DNA of 64,000 nt from positions 328,600,001 to 328,664,000 of the forward strand of contig OZ024742.1 of assembly GCA_964016885.1 (NCBI GenBank), in the 5' to 3' direction. The DNA comes from Eledone cirrhosa. Lineage: Eukaryota. Positions 27,333 to 40,851 of the stretch are shown here, piece after piece; positions within the stretch are counted from its first letter, which is position 1; the number at the start of each line of letters is the position of its first letter. Both the position numbers and the translations under genes were made by a program. The notes under the pieces are model-generated. The model made no database searches, was not told the origin of the DNA, and saw only the letters and a program-made list of their open reading frames with translations.

Positions 27333-30300
27333 TTCTTTTATTTGCCACCAGGGCATCAAAAGTGGGCAAGTACAAAGGGGGGGGGGAGTTTACACAAAAA
27401 GGCGTCCTCAATAAGGAGGAGGCAATAATAAAATATAAAAATAAAATAAAATATAACAAAAAATAAAATTTATAACAAAATCCTCAATAGAGAGAAGGCG
27501 CCTTGGGGGGTCGCACACACCCCCGAAAAAAGTGTGCAACCCTTTTCCTCAGGAGCACAGAGAGGGGGTGCTCCCTCGTTCCTTCCTCCTTTCCACCTAC
27601 AGGCTTATGTAAAGAGAAGGCCCATTCACACGGGCCATTCTTGCCACTTTCACCCACCTTTCATAAAAACGACTGGGGTGGAGCACCTCTCTCTCCATCC
27701 TGATCCTTCTTCCGAAATGATATCGGAAGAAACGGACCAGTTGTTGGCCAGAGAGAAAGGTGCCTGACCTCAGTCCTTTCAGACGCGTCCACCATACAAC
27801 CTCTTTCGCCATGGCTATTACGCAGAGAAACACCGCCTCTGCTTCATCTTTGAAGGGGGGAGGCGGCTTGATCATTACAATAGACTCGGTGGTCAACCGG
27901 ATCGGTCCCACCCTTGACAGCAGTTGTTCGACATAGCCCCACAGATTGGCTACGCCCGAGCAGTGTACCAATGCGTGTGCAACGGTTTCCTCGTCGCACA
28001 CGCATCTGGGACAGATCTTTTTGGCGGGGTCCCTACCCGGGCGCCCGTGTCTGTAGAGCCTTTCTCGAACGGGTAAAGCCCCTCGGTAGCACTGCCAGGC
28101 CAGGGACTTCTGGAAGTTGTCCATAGGTCCCGGGCTGAATGTCCTACCGAACAGGCTGGCCATTTTGTCCTCCTCCATGTCTAGGGCTTCTCCGAGGGCG
28201 TCGTCGCACCTGCTGCGTACCAGCCCTCTATAGAATGTTGCGGTGGAGTCTCCACTGATAACCGGATCCGCCTGCCAGAGGGCGGTGAGCGCCTGGGCAC
28301 ACTCAGTGTGCCAGGCGCCCAGTTTTCTCGGTCTTTGCTTGACCCAGGATTGCAGCTCGGTGAGTGAGACGAGTCTGGGAAAGGTTCGTCTCACAAACGA
28401 GGCCCACACCGGTTGACCGGTGAGGAATACGTAGAGGTGCCGTAGCCTTAATGCGTGTTTACGCATCATTAGCCACGGCATCCCCAGCCCTCCTTTCGAA
28501 GGGTGTTGACAGCAGATGGATCTCCTCACCATAGGAGCCCGCCTCTTCCAAAGGAATTGGAAGAGTGCGCGCTCCATCTTGGTGAGGGTTTCCCTTGGGC
28601 AGGGCACTACGGTCAGGCGGTAGTAGATGACGGACGCTATGTAGGTGTTCGCCACCTCCGCCCGACCTTTCAGGGATAGTTTGCAACTGGCCCACTTCTG
28701 GGTCAGTGCAAACACCCTGTTCGTAACCTCCGCCCAGTTTTTCTCCACCTGGAGGTCCGGTCCGAACCAGACCCCGAGCAACTTCACCGGGCCCTCCGTC
28801 CAGCGTCCGACGACGCCATCGGAGGGCATCGGTCTGCCCCTCCACGTGCCGAGTTGCAAACCGATTGACTTGTCCCGGTTCAGCTTAGTCCCTGTGAACT
28901 TTTCGTACTCCTCCAGTAAGGTGCCGACCGCCTCGATTTCGGAGGCCGTCGACACCATTACCGTCACGTCATCGGCGTAGGCCGACACCGCTTTCCGCAA
29001 TCCCGGTTCCAAAGGGATGCCCTGCAACAACTCCAACTTCCGCAGTAGTGGCTCGAGAGTCAACACATACAGAAGGGAGGAGAGAGGGCACCCTTGTCGG
29101 ATGGACCGCGCGATTTTGAACGGCTCCGAGAGGTAGCCGTTCACCTTTACCCTAGAGCAGATGCGGCTGCTGTGCATAGCAGTGATCCAGCCCCTGAAAA
29201 CGGGTCCGAAGCCTGCCGCCGCTAGCACCGCATCCAGGTAACCATAGTCGACCCTATCGAACGCCTTAGATTGATCCAAGTTGATCAGAGCCCCACCAAA
29301 GCCGGGTTCGTTCCCAACCCTCTCTATGATGTATCGCATGAGGTGGAGGTTATCGTGGATGGACCTGGACGGGATAGCACATGTCTGCGCATCTCCCACC
29401 AGGTTGCCCACGACAAGCGCCAACCTCTTTGCTAGCACCTTGGCCAAAATCTGTAACTCTGTATTTAGCAGAGTTATGGGCCTGAAGTTACTTATTTCGT
29501 CCCCCTTGTTCTCGTCCTTCCTCACTAGCATGACTACGCCCTTGGTCACAGTACAGGGAATTCTCCCGTTCTGTTGCCAGTTGCAGTAGACCGCCTCGAG
29601 GAGATTGGGGAACAAGTCCGGCATAGCTAGATATAATTCGTAAGGAAGACCATCGAGACCCGGGGATTTGCGTTTGCCGCATTGGCTCAGCACGTCCTCT
29701 ATCTCAGCGGCCGAAATCGGCTCCTCGCAGGACTTCGCCTCCCTGTCCGAGAGGCGCGGCAGGCCGTCGAGATATGGACCGAAGTCCACGTTCCCAACCG
29801 GCTCCCCGTCCCTCCCGAACAGTCGGGCAAAGTGCCTTTGAAAGGCCTCACACATCTGCTTAGGCTCAAGAATCGCCCGTCCATCCAGGTCTCGCAAAGA
29901 CCGGATGGTGGATTTAGTTCCACTGTTGGCCTCTGTCACGCGGGCCCAGCTAACAGCTTTGGTCCCCTCGTTCTCTAGAGCACGTATTTTACTTCGGACA
30001 ACGCAGCCTTCGTGCTTCGCGTCGAAAAACTGGCTCAAAGCCGTTCTCGACGCTAGCACTCTGGCCACGTCGCCGCTTCTAATAGCCTCTTCTACTCTAT
30101 CTATTAGCTCCCTTTCCTTCCTATTCCTATCCGCAGCTAGAACCTTACTAAATTCTATCGAGACTACTCTAATCTCTCTCTTTAGAGATACCCACCACCT
30201 GCTGTTGACGATCGCTCCAGTCAACCGTTCCGTAACTAACGTAATAATCCGATCCCTGTAGGCTCTACTTGCCGGCAAGGACAAGTTGAGCTTCCAGTAA

Positions 30301-30898
30301 CCGGGGCCCTGTCTATGCGTTCTATCAAGGTTGACCATGCAGGTCACCAACTTGTGGTCTGAATAGCCAACCATGAGCATTTCTGAACAACTTAAAAAGT
30401 CCCTGTCCTTATTTCTAACTAAAAATCTATCTAGGTACGACCTAGATGATCCGCTGCGATTTGACCAAGACCAGGTTGGCACCGTCGGAAAATCTAGTCG
30501 AAATCTATCGGCCAGGTCAAATCGGCCGAGTAACCCCTTGAGGCTGTTGCACCCCTCTCTATCGGGACATGCCCCTGCATAGTCCCAACGTGCATCCAGG
30601 ATACCATTCCAATCCCCCACTAAAAGCAGGGAACGGGACGTCCCTAGAAAAGACTCCAGACGCTGGAAAAAGTCGGGCCGCTCAGTCCCAAAAGGGGCAT
30701 ATGCGGCTACCAGCCTAAAGGCTCTACCTTCACCACTGCCAAGGTCCAGCACCACCAGTCGACCCCCTGGGTCCAAGTGAACTATCTGTGTTGCAAGGCC
30801 CATATGTTTTTTCAGCAGAACGACAACCCCACCCCCACCTCCGGGCTGACAGAGAGATGCGTGCATCTCAAAGTCGTCAAAGGTGGGGGCTAGCTGTA
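27333..30898 (-). mobile_element. L1/Tx1-clade LINE, 5'-truncated, with an 11-bp candidate TSD
   Basis: GC-rich insert. 3' end GCCCTGGTGGCAAATAAAAGAAA. GATAGATATGT at both 27322-27332 and 30899-30909. Confidence 0.93.
27597..30866 (-). CDS. L1/Tx1 ORF2: APE endonuclease (N-truncated), RT, C-terminal Cys/His zinc knuckle
   Basis: VGDWN, SYLDRF, SDHK, GPGYWKLN, KSPGLDG, NFRPITLLN, DQSKAFD, RQGCPLS, AYADD, CPRC..ETVAHALVHC; no stops in 1089 codons. Confidence 0.93.
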   Translation of the reverse strand: MHASLCQPGGGGGVVVLLKKHMGLATQIVHLDPGGRLVVLDLGSGEGRAFRLVAAYAPFGTERPDFFQRLESFLGTSRSLLLVGDWNGILDARWDYAGACPDREGCNSLKGLLGRFDLADRFRLDFPTVPTWSWSNRSGSSRSYLDRFLVRNKDRDFLSCSEMLMVGYSDHKLVTCMVNLDRTHRQGPGYWKLNLSLPASRAYRDRIITLVTERLTGAIVNSRWWVSLKREIRVVSIEFSKVLAADRNRKERELIDRVEEAIRSGDVARVLASRTALSQFFDAKHEGCVVRSKIRALENEGTKAVSWARVTEANSGTKSTIRSLRDLDGRAILEPKQMCEAFQRHFARLFGRDGEPVGNVDFGPYLDGLPRLSDREAKSCEEPISAAEIEDVLSQCGKRKSPGLDGLPYELYLAMPDLFPNLLEAVYCNWQQNGRIPCTVTKGVVMLVRKDENKGDEISNFRPITLLNTELQILAKVLAKRLALVVGNLVGDAQTCAIPSRSIHDNLHLMRYIIERVGNEPGFGGALINLDQSKAFDRVDYGYLDAVLAAAGFGPVFRGWITAMHSSRICSRVKVNGYLSEPFKIARSIRQGCPLSSLLYVLTLEPLLRKLELLQGIPLEPGLRKAVSAYADDVTVMVSTASEIEAVGTLLEEYEKFTGTKLNRDKSIGLQLGTWRGRPMPSDGVVGRWTEGPVKLLGVWFGPDLQVEKNWAEVTNRVFALTQKWASCKLSLKGRAEVANTYIASVIYYRLTVVPCPRETLTKMERALFQFLWKRRAPMVRRSICCQHPSKGGLGMPWLMMRKHALRLRHLYVFLTGQPVWASFVRRTFPRLVSLTELQSWVKQRPRKLGAWHTECAQALTALWQADPVISGDSTATFYRGLVRSRCDDALGEALDMEEDKMASLFGRTFSPGPMDNFQKSLAWQCYRGALPVRERLYRHGRPGRDPAKKICPRCVCDEETVAHALVHCSGVANLWGYVEQLLSRVGPIRLTTESIVMIKPPPPFKDEAEAVFLCVIAMAKEVVWWTRLKGLRSGTFLSGQQLVRFFRYHFGRRIRMEREVLHPSRFYERWVKVARMARVNGPSLYISL

Positions 30899-31139
30899 GA
30901 TAGATATGTATAAATATATGTCCCAGGATAGATGCATCGATAGGTAGATATAGGTAGATGTTTTTTGACTCATGGATATCTTTTCAACTCTGTTTTGTGA
31001 GAAAGAGGTGGAGAGTTAGCTATAAAAGTGCCTCTTCTTAAACAAAACTTGCACAATGTTGTCATGTGACTCTTGCGTTTTATTATAACATATAGATGGG
31101 TCGGTGTATGTATTTTGAATTGTGTTTGTGTGTATGTGT

Positions 31140-31193
31140 GTTTGAGGGAATATGCCATGTATGATGGCGATGAAGATAATGTGATGATGTTGT

Positions 31194-31239
<46 letters not shown>

Positions 31240-32345
31240 AACGAGGAATTGTAATGAGTGTAATAAAGTTTTCTTGAAGTGGTGGCGTTGATTACGGTGG
31301 TTAATGAGGAAAAGCGGAGATGAGCTTTGCTATAGGTGTCGCTGTTGCAGCATGTGAAATTCAAAATCAATAAAACGTTCTATGAGTCGGAATTCACACC
31401 TCAGTACTGTAGTAATGGACTGACTCATCAGTGAGGTAGGATGGAATGGAGAAGTGATGGGGAGGTGTATATTGGGGTTGATGGGAGATCGGTATATTGA
31501 TGACGGTAGGGAGGGTGCTGTAGTTGTGGTGGAGGTTGTGAGGGGTGTAGTGTTGAAGAGGTGACTATGTAGTGATGATTTTGATAGTAATGCTAAAGAT
31601 GGTGGTTGTAGTGCTGATGTTTGTGATACTGCTGTTGATGATGGGGCGGATGGTGGCAGCGGTTGTGGTGGAGTTGGAGTTGGGGAGGCCGTGGCTTTCA
31701 TGTGGTGATGCGGTCTTGTGACGGTGATGTTGTAGTAATGGTAGTTAGGGAGATGTTTTGGTAATGGTGGCGTGGTGTATTACTGTCGTTGTTGTTGGAG
31801 GTGGTGGATGTTGTGGTGGTGTTGCTGTTGGTGGGGGCGTTTAGGTAATAGGAGTAGTTTCCCGTATGTAGTAGGGCTGTGTTGGTGTAGATAATATTCT
31901 GGTGATGGTGCTATATAAATATTAACGTCGTGGTGGTGTAGTCGTGGTGATTTGGTAATAGTAGTATCGATTTAGCAATGGTGGTGTGATATATCGTTTG
32001 AGGTAGTGATTTGGCGGTGATATTTGTTGGTGATGTTTTGGTGGTAAAGTTTTGGTGGTGCTGTTTTGATGCTACTGTTGGTAGTTTATTGTTAGTAACG
32101 TTGATGTGTAACAGTGGAGATTTTGTAAAATAGCAGTGATGTGGTGGGTATGATAGTTTTGATGTTTTGGTTAGAGTTCTACTTTGGTGATGATGATTAA
32201 GGTGGTACGTTGGTAGTATGTGAGAGGTGTTGTACTCGTGTACGTTTAATAATGTTAGCAGTTGCAGGGACTGTGGCGGTTGCAGTTGTGGAGTTTTGCT
32301 TATGTTAGTAGTATTTATTGTAGTTGTTGCTGCTTTTGTTGTGGT
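31140..32345. repeat. GT-rich (GGT/GAT/TGT) low-complexity tract; similar tract at 33650-34910
   Basis: Degenerate trinucleotide repeats with no credible ORF. Confidence 0.7.
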
Positions 32346-32499
32346 TTACCATCAGGTAAACCTTGATCGTGTTGTCAGAGAGTCAAATAAGTCGAGATCA
32401 TCCCATTTTTTCCTATGTGCAAAGCACCAGGATCAACTTCTCCCACATTTACTTTTTTAAAGACGACTAGCTTGACATATGTTACTGGCAAAACCAACT

Positions 32500-32763
32500 G
32501 GCAGTAGACCCAGGAGTAGACCCCGAGTAATATGGTTCGATAACATCCATGAACTCGTTTGGTCTCGATTACGGATTCAGTCTGATCAGTCGGAGACGGT
32601 TGCTTCTGGCAAGACCTGCTGGAAAGTGTGTTTGAGGTCTCTGTCCTCCCAGTAATAGGTTGACGACAACGACGACGTCGAAGAAGAAGACGAAGAAGAA
32701 GAAGAAGAAGAAGAAGAAGAAGAAGAAGAAGAAGAAGAAGAAGAAGAAGAAGAAGAAGAAGAA
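32500..32763 (+). mobile_element. RTE LINE 3' end with (GAA)n tail
   Basis: RPRVIWFDNIHELVWSRLRIQ; homologous to 53320-53470. Confidence 0.75.
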
Positions 32764-32766
32764 AGA

Positions 32767-32834
<68 letters not shown>

Positions 32835-32835
<1 letters not shown>

Positions 32836-33534
32836 GAAGTGGTTGAAGCACCATATCTACAAGGAGGAGGCTAGCCCACTGTGCAGGATCTGTGGAGAGA
32901 GAGAGGAGACTGTGGCTCACATTGTGTCCGAGTGTAAACACCTAGCCCAGACCCACTATAAGGGCTGGAGACACGATGGCAGGGTGATGGGCAGGGTGAT
33001 CCACTGGCACCTATGCAAAGTAAACAATTTATCACATTCTGAGAAATGGTATGAGCATAGGCCAGAGGCGGTAATGGAGAACAATCAGGTGAAGGTGCTG
33101 TGGGATTTTAGGATACAGACGGACAAAAAACTGGAACACAATAGACCTGACCTGGTGGTTGTGGACAAAGAAAAAAGATCGTGTCTGATTGTGGATGTGG
33201 CCTGCCCGTTCGACACGAGAGTGCAAGAGAAGGAGAGGGAGAAAATTAACCGATACCAGGACCTAAAGTGGGAGGTGAAAAGGATTTGGAACTGCCATGA
33301 AGTCAAAGTGATCCCGATTGTCATAGGCGCACTGGGGACTATCTCCAAAAGTTTCCAGGGATGGTTAAAGAAAATCGGCCCCTTCACGCTTTTTGGAACG
33401 CTTCAAAAGGCATGCTTGCTTGGAACAGCAAGAACCCTCCGATACGTCCTGAATATCTGAGGCTGCAGGTAGTGGCTTGATATTCAATCCAACGGACTTT
33501 CCAGTTAACCAACATCAATGACTGAGATTCAAGG
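32835..33534 (+). mobile_element. R4/Dong-like non-LTR retrotransposon 3' fragment (CCHC knuckle plus RLE endonuclease) in (TAA)n
   Basis: CRICGEREETVAHIVSEC, WRHD, RPDLVVVD..IVDVACPFD..EKINRY; frame open to 33460; (TAA)n on both sides. Confidence 0.9.
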
Positions 33535-33543
33535 AATAACAAC

Positions 33544-33645
<102 letters not shown>

Positions 33646-34169
33646 AAGAAGAAGAGTGCGATATGGAGATGTGGCCTCTATGTTCAGCGTGTTGAGTAAC
33701 CATGTACAGGCTGCTTGTGGCATTTGTGTTTAGGAAATGTTGAATTAGTATCTTTTGTTGTGATATTTTAGTTATGATCGGAGCTATGTACTATTGGTAG
33801 TGGTGAGATGTAATGGTATAGGTTTTTGATTGGGAGAGGTAGCATCTTGATGGTAATGCTACATTGATAGGGGACTTGGTGATACATTCGTGGTTGTTGT
33901 GAACATAAGTTGGTGATGGTGGTAGTCACAGTGGTGTTTTGTAATATTTACATGGTGTCTCTTATGGTGCTGTTAGTATGTTGTTAGGATATATTAGTAG
34001 TTATGTTGTTGCCGTGCAGTTTTAACAGGGTGTCGAAAGAAAGGAAAGTGTTGTTAGGCTGTTACAGTGATGGTGTGGTCGTGGCGGAGTTGCTAATCGT
34101 ATTAGTGATAGGATAGTAGTGGAGTTAGAGGTAGTTTTTATTTTTTATTAATTGTGGTTGTTATTTTTG

Positions 34170-35500
34170 TTTTTGTTTAACCCCAACTCAGCGCTGAGAC
34201 CTATCTGAATATAATTACAACTGTGACCACCTCTTCTTGTTATGTGCATTGAATCTACGACCAGATTATTGAACGTCCTCTTTAAAGTCGATAGGAATTT
34301 TATAGAGACTTGGCTGCTATTTCTAGCAGGAGAAATGACTACGTAGAGGGTCGTTTGTTAGTTGATGCTGGTAGTAGAGGTGGAGTAGCTGTGTTGTTTC
34401 TAGTGGGGATGTAATGGCGTATGGGTGAATGTAACGGATTTATGGTCTAGTAATAATATGATGCATTGATGGTGTGTGATGGTGTATTGGTCGTGTGTCT
34501 TGGTTTAATGGTGGCGTGCGATGTGGTAGTGCTGGGGTGTTACGTTTTAATAGTGGTGTGAGGTTTTGGTGTTGTGTCGAAGATGTGAAGTAGCCATGGT
34601 GATTGTGTTAGGGTCTGTGTGTAGTGTAGATGGTTTGGTGTTGGAGTAATGGTATGGTGTTGATGTAATGGTATGCTGGCATATTTCTGTAGCAGTTGTG
34701 ATGGGAAGATGCTGGAGGTGACGCTTTTGATATGATGTGGTGGTGATGGTGATTTTATAGGTGTTGTTCTTGTTGGTGATGGATTCGGATTTGGGGATGG
34801 CGGGGTGTTGTAAAGCTAATGGCTAAAGGTGTGGTGGTGTATTGCTGTCATAATTTGTTGTTGGTGGTGGTGGTGCTGGTCGTCGCTGTGGTGGTGATGG
34901 TGGTGTTAACCCCTAGGTCAGCCCTGATTGAGCAGAAATATGATCAAAGGTGCTACAGCTGTGACCTTCTGTCAAAATTACATTATCTAATCAGCCATTT
35001 CTTTTTAGTTGATACTGTTGTTTAGCACAGGGTCAATCCCTGTTCAACAGAACTATGAGCGAAAGGTATTCCAAATGTAATTAACCAGTCGTTTTCTCGT
35101 AATTCTACATTGTACAATATCGTTTACTTATTCACTACATTCTAATGTCTGATGTGCTTATAAAAGACGGTCTTGTTTGAAATAAATATTGGCATTTTTA
35201 TGGTATATTGTGCGACAATGAAGAGACCACTCCCTCGTTCAGTTGACTTGCTTTTTATAAATATAACGTAGATTATGGTTTGTGGAAGATTTAGCAGTTA
35301 TTTCACGAAGACTGTGTGATCATATACAGGTTTGCTGGTTGACTTGATATTCTTTTTAAGAGAGATTTGGAAGCTATTTCTAGTATATCAGCTGACTGTT
35401 AAGAGGCTCTGCCGTTGGATTGATTTCCTTTATTGGTTTGACCTGGATGTGGCTGCTTTATCTAGAAGGTTGTGTGACCATGTAGAAGCACAGACAATAG
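34170..35500 (+). repeat. Cluster of degenerate short interspersed repeats
   Basis: Recurrent TTAACCCC/TAGGTCAGCCCTGA and GATTTGGCTGCTATTTCTAG-like blocks. Confidence 0.5.
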
Positions 35501-36538
35501 TGAATTTAAGAATTCTGGTTGAGGGTAAGCAAAGAAAAAGTGTATAGGATGTTGATTAAGTGACAATGAGAGGATGAGAGCTAAGAGGTTCAGGAGTGTG
35601 AAGAAATGAATAATATGGGAGAAATATAACAGGTATAAGGGTGGACAAAGGTAGAGCGATGGTGTAGTTTTGAAGGGCGTTAACATGTATCATGGTACGA
35701 CAACCAGAGATACCAGAGTGTCATGTTTGTGGACGCTACCCCTGGAAGGAAATTAGCTAACCAGTGTAGAAAGGCCCTGAGAAAGACCCACTTAAAGATT
35801 AAGGTGGTAGAAAAGCCAGGAACCACCATAAAATCCCTGATCAGCAAAACCTACCCTTTTAAGAAAACCGACTGTACTAATAGGAAATGTATCATATGTA
35901 AGGTAAACCCCCGGATAAACTGTAAAACTAGAAACGTAGTCTATAGCATAATATATACAGAGGGTACTTGCAGAATCATGACAACAACATACATAGGCGA
36001 GACAGCTCGTAGCATAGGTGAAAGGATAGACCAACACTGGGGGGAACTAAAAGGACGAAAAAACGGTTCAGTGCTATACGAACATGCTAGACCACAACAC
36101 GACGGTAACATAGACAACATAGAAATTAGAATAATATGTAAACATAGAAATGACCCAACAGATAGGCAAATCAGAGAGGCCAGTGAAATAGAACTTAGAA
36201 GGCCAAGGCTAAACTGAAAAAATGAATGGTATAACAACAACACCCAAACAAACAAGACTGACTTAAGAGAAGTATAAATAAATAAATAAATAAATAGTTA
36301 AATAAATAAATACATACACAAGCACAATAACAACAAACACATATAAACACACACTAGTAAAGATAGAATACATTAACCAATACACAGTCACCCAAACACG
36401 AACACACGTCAAACAAAACACTATACACACACGCAAACGCATGCGCAAAGAAGACAAAAAAAAAACAAATAAATAAATATATAAACAAACTAAATAAAGA
36501 TGGCGTAGACATAGAATGCAACGGGAGGAAACAATAGC

Positions 36539-36580
36539 ACCACTGACGATGTTGCAGATGTGCAACGAAAGAATTTTGAT
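36539..36580 (+). ncRNA. Minimal hammerhead in PLE-B 5' pLTR
   Basis: CTGACGA-T-GTTGCA-gatg-TGCAAC-GAAA-gaat-TT; weak stem I. Confidence 0.7.
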
Positions 36581-36759
36581 AGACTAATATATGTGTTTGT
36601 GTCTATATTGTATCTGTATTTTTGACCGTTGGTCAGTCAATGGCAACATTGAGGACCGAATACATTAGATTACTGATATAAAAGACACAGAAGCGAAAAG
36701 CGAAAACCAACCAAACAGTGAGTGTGTTCTGTTATTAATTCTGGAAATATTACACAAAT

Positions 36760-39700
36760 ATGACCCTCCCCAAGTATAACAATATTTGTTTCGACACACG
36801 ATTTCATATCAAAAACCTCGCAAAACTAATTCATCGCCGTTATGGCATTAGCTTGTGCCAAGCTTAAAGGTTATTGAAAGACACTGTTTTCTGTTATATA
36901 AAAACGACAATAACAACAGAACAAATCCGCTTCTTAAAACACTCTGTTTCCTCCAAAATATACACAACAAACATATCAAAACAAGTAAATAATTTATTAT
37001 TGGACAAGACACAAGCTGAACGACTAAAACACACAATAACAGTTAATATGAAAAGAACAACATACACAAAAGTCAACGAACTTTACAGACAGAAACGCAT
37101 TAACGGTAAGGAAGCCGAAATCTCACCACACCAAACGAGAGGGGTGACTTCATGAGCGTCATTCGACGTGAAACGAAATACGCCCGAAACGAATACAATA
37201 GGCATTTCAATAAGAAATTAGAATGGATGAATAAAAAAAAACTAGAAGAAAGAAAAATAGAATATTCTCAAAAATACCCAGATGACATCAACAATATCCG
37301 TATGACTGATGTAAAACTACCGGAAGAATTTACCAATGACCACACAGTAAATATTTATGGGAACACTTTAATCAGTGAACAAGAACAACATATCCTGCAG
37401 CTACCACCAACATTTGCTATCTACAAAAATATTAACCCTATTGAGTGCAAAACGGAGCTGGAAAAGTGTTTCACAAAAATACGTTGGAAAGTAAACAACA
37501 ACAACAACTATACGGACAACAACAACAATAATAACGGTAGTAGTAATATAAACAATAACTCTGAGTATAGAAATAACAGCTATAATAGTAATAGTCATAA
37601 CAATAACAATAGCAGGAGAGTGAGAAATAGTATTAATGGTAATAATATTAACGATAGACAGAACAACAACAACAACAACCACAATAATAATTGTTTCTAC
37701 TATTGGCACAAGGCCAGAAAATTACCCAGTACATTACTGGTACTTTATTTTATCGACCCCGTAAGGATGAAAGGCAAAGTTAACCTCGGCATAATAATAA
37801 TAATAGAAACATTAACTACAGATACAGCAGCAACGACGACAGTAGTAATAACGGTAACAATACGAATAACAACAACAACAACCACAGTGGTAATAATAGA
37901 AATAATACATGTAGCACATTAATGATAAACACAACAAAAACAAGAAACATAATAAAAGTAACAACCACAATGGTAGAAATAACAGTAAAAACAACAATAA
38001 CGGCGGAGAAAACAACAACAATACATCTAACAATCACAGCAACAATACATCTAGCAATCATAACACCAATACATCTAACAATCACAGCAACAATACATCT
38101 AGCAATCATAACAATAATAATAATGCTAATGATAGGAACAACAACAACCACCATAATAACAATAATAGCAACACACACAACTATGACGATAGATATAATG
38201 AAAACCCCTTAGAGAAACTATTCTTCAACCCAGCTGACAAAACATATAAGATGGGTAATATCTATTCTACGAGGTTACCCTTTAATAAAAGAGTTTGCAT
38301 ACCACAACAAATAGATGACGAGACAGAGGCACAGTTCACCATAGCTAGAAATAAGATTAGACAAATAGTAGACCAGTATACTAAGAGACAGAGCAGACCA
38401 GAGGTCCAACAACTTGGGAGGAAACATGTAGAAGGCTTGGTTAGCCTCAAGCAGCTCACAAGGGATGGTGAGGTAGTATGTCTACCCACGGATAAGTCTG
38501 GTAGGATGTCAATAGAGAGTATGCCGAACTACATCAAGGCTATGCAACCCCACATCACCCACACGAGTGAAATTGCACAGCAAATACATGATGGGAGAGA
38601 GAAAATCCTTAACGCTCACATGATGATGTGGACCGACATCCTAAAGCCAAGCAGACGCACTGCCAATAACTTCCAGGCGTCTAACAATGGCATACCACCC
38701 TTGTATGGGCTCCGCAAAGACCACAAGACAGTCGACGACCCGACAACAAGACCCGTATGCGGTGCAAATATAGCTAGCAACTACAGGATCTCCTACTTCC
38801 TCTCAATGGTTATACGCCCCATAATCAAAATGTCCCCAGATGTATGTGACAGTACAGAGGACCTCCTCAGCAGAATCATTGAGTGCAACAAAAACAGGAA
38901 CCTATCCAACTGCATAATAGGCAGCATGGATGTGGTATCACTGTAACCATCCATTAACATTGATTTTGCTGTGTTAAAATGTGAGGAGATGATCATTGAG
39001 AGTGAGGTGGAGTTCTGTGACGTCGACACAGACGAACTGGTCCTCCTACTTAGACTTACCTACGACACTGACTACCTAGACAGCCATGACCTTAGACGTT
39101 TCTGCCCCAGTAGACCCATAAGACGTAGACCCCCCACCATAACCTCAATGGCTAAAAGGACTCCCATGGGAAGGTGGATTGGGTGGACCAAAGCTATACG
39201 GAACCCCAAAAACAATGATCAGGTAAGAAAAATGGTCGCACATGCAATAGGGGCTAGTATCAAAACTACCCTAAAGGGCCACATATTCAAGTTCAACGAG
39301 AAGATCTACGCCCAAAATGAGGGAGCAGCCATTGGCGTCAGCATAGCTGGTAACGTTGCCAACCTTTTTATGGTATGGTGGGAAAGGAGACTTAAAGATC
39401 TCCTTGATGAGAGCTCCATAGACCTCATCATATACTCTCGTTACGTAGACGATATCAATATAGTAATAAGAACATCCCCACAAGAGAACACTAACAAGTT
39501 TAGAACGTAGCACAATAGAAAGCATCCAGCAGATATCTAATTCCATACACCAGAGTATAACTGTAACTATCGACTACCCTTCAAAACACCATAACAATAG
39601 ACTACCTGTATTAGACACGGAACTCTGGATTAACACTATAGACGAGAGAGCCCAAATTCTTCACTCACACTATGCTAAACCCATGGCCTCCAAATACCTG

Positions 39701-40581
39701 ATACTCAAAACTCAGCAATGTCCAGTAGTGCTAAGTTTAATATTCTGATCGCAGACTTGGTACGAGTGATGAAGAACGTGTCCAGCATGTGCGACCCAAC
39801 AGAAATGGAAAGACACATCCAACATTTCATCAACCGCATGCAGTTCTCTGGCTACAACCAAAGAGACAGAGTCAGAGTATACGAAGGAGCCACGGAGAAG
39901 TATAAGACCCTCATAGAACTGGACATGAAAGGAATTTGCCCATTATACAGGAGCAAATCATGGAATAGCTTAGATAGGGCAAGACATAAGGTAGGAAAAG
40001 CCACCTCATGGTACGACAACCAGAGATACCAGAGTGTCATGTTTGTGGACGCTACCCCTGGAGGTAAATTAGCTAACCAGTGTAGAAAGGCCCTGAGAAA
40101 GACCCACTTAAAGATTAAGGTGGTAGAAAAGCCAGGAACCACCATAAAATCCCTGATCAGCAAAACCTACCCTTTTAAGAAAACCCACTGTACTAATAGA
40201 AAAGTTATCATATGTAAAGTAAACCCCCGGATAAACTGTAAAACTAGAAACGTAGTCTATAGCATAAGATGTACAGAGGGTACTTGCAGAATCATGACAA
40301 CAACATACATAGGCGAGACAGCTCGTAGCATAGGTGAAAGGATAGACCAACACTGGTGGGAATTAAAAGGACGAAAAAACGGTTCAGTACTATACAGACA
40401 GGCTAGACAACAACACGATGGTAACATAGGCAACATAGAAATTAGAATAATATCTAAACATAGAAATGACGCAGTATATATACAAATCTGATAGGCCAGT
40501 GAACAGAACTTAGAAGGCCAAGGCTAAATAGAAAAAATGAATGGAATAACAACAACACCCAAACAAACAACACTGACCTAA
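36760..40581 (+). pseudogene. PLE-B RT plus GIY-YIG ORF, disrupted by frameshifts, stops and a SINE
   Basis: MTLPKYNNICFDTRF, TDKSG, LYGLRKDHK, SMDVVSL, SRYVDD and YIGETAR occur in successive ORF pieces. Confidence 0.92.
37690..37790 (-). mobile_element. Truncated SINE inserted in the (AAT) tract of the PLE-B ORF
   Basis: Nearly identical to 7000-7100. Confidence 0.85.
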
Positions 40582-40851
40582 GAGAAGTATAAATAAATAA
40601 ATAAATAGTTAAATAAATAAATACATACACAAGCACAATAACAACAAACACATATAAACACACACTAGTAAAGATAGAATACATTAACCAATACACAGTC
40701 ACCCAAACACGAACACACATCAAACAAAACACTATACACACACACTAACGCATGCGCAAAAAAGACAAAAAAACAAAACAAATAAATAAATATATATACA
40801 GACTAAATAAAGATGGCGTAGACATAAAATGCAACGGGAGGAAACAATAGC

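Noticed and set aside
36213-36217. In-frame TGA in the PLE-B endonuclease as possible selenocysteine
   Set aside because: The other pLTR has AGA (Arg) at this site, so it is an ordinary mutation.
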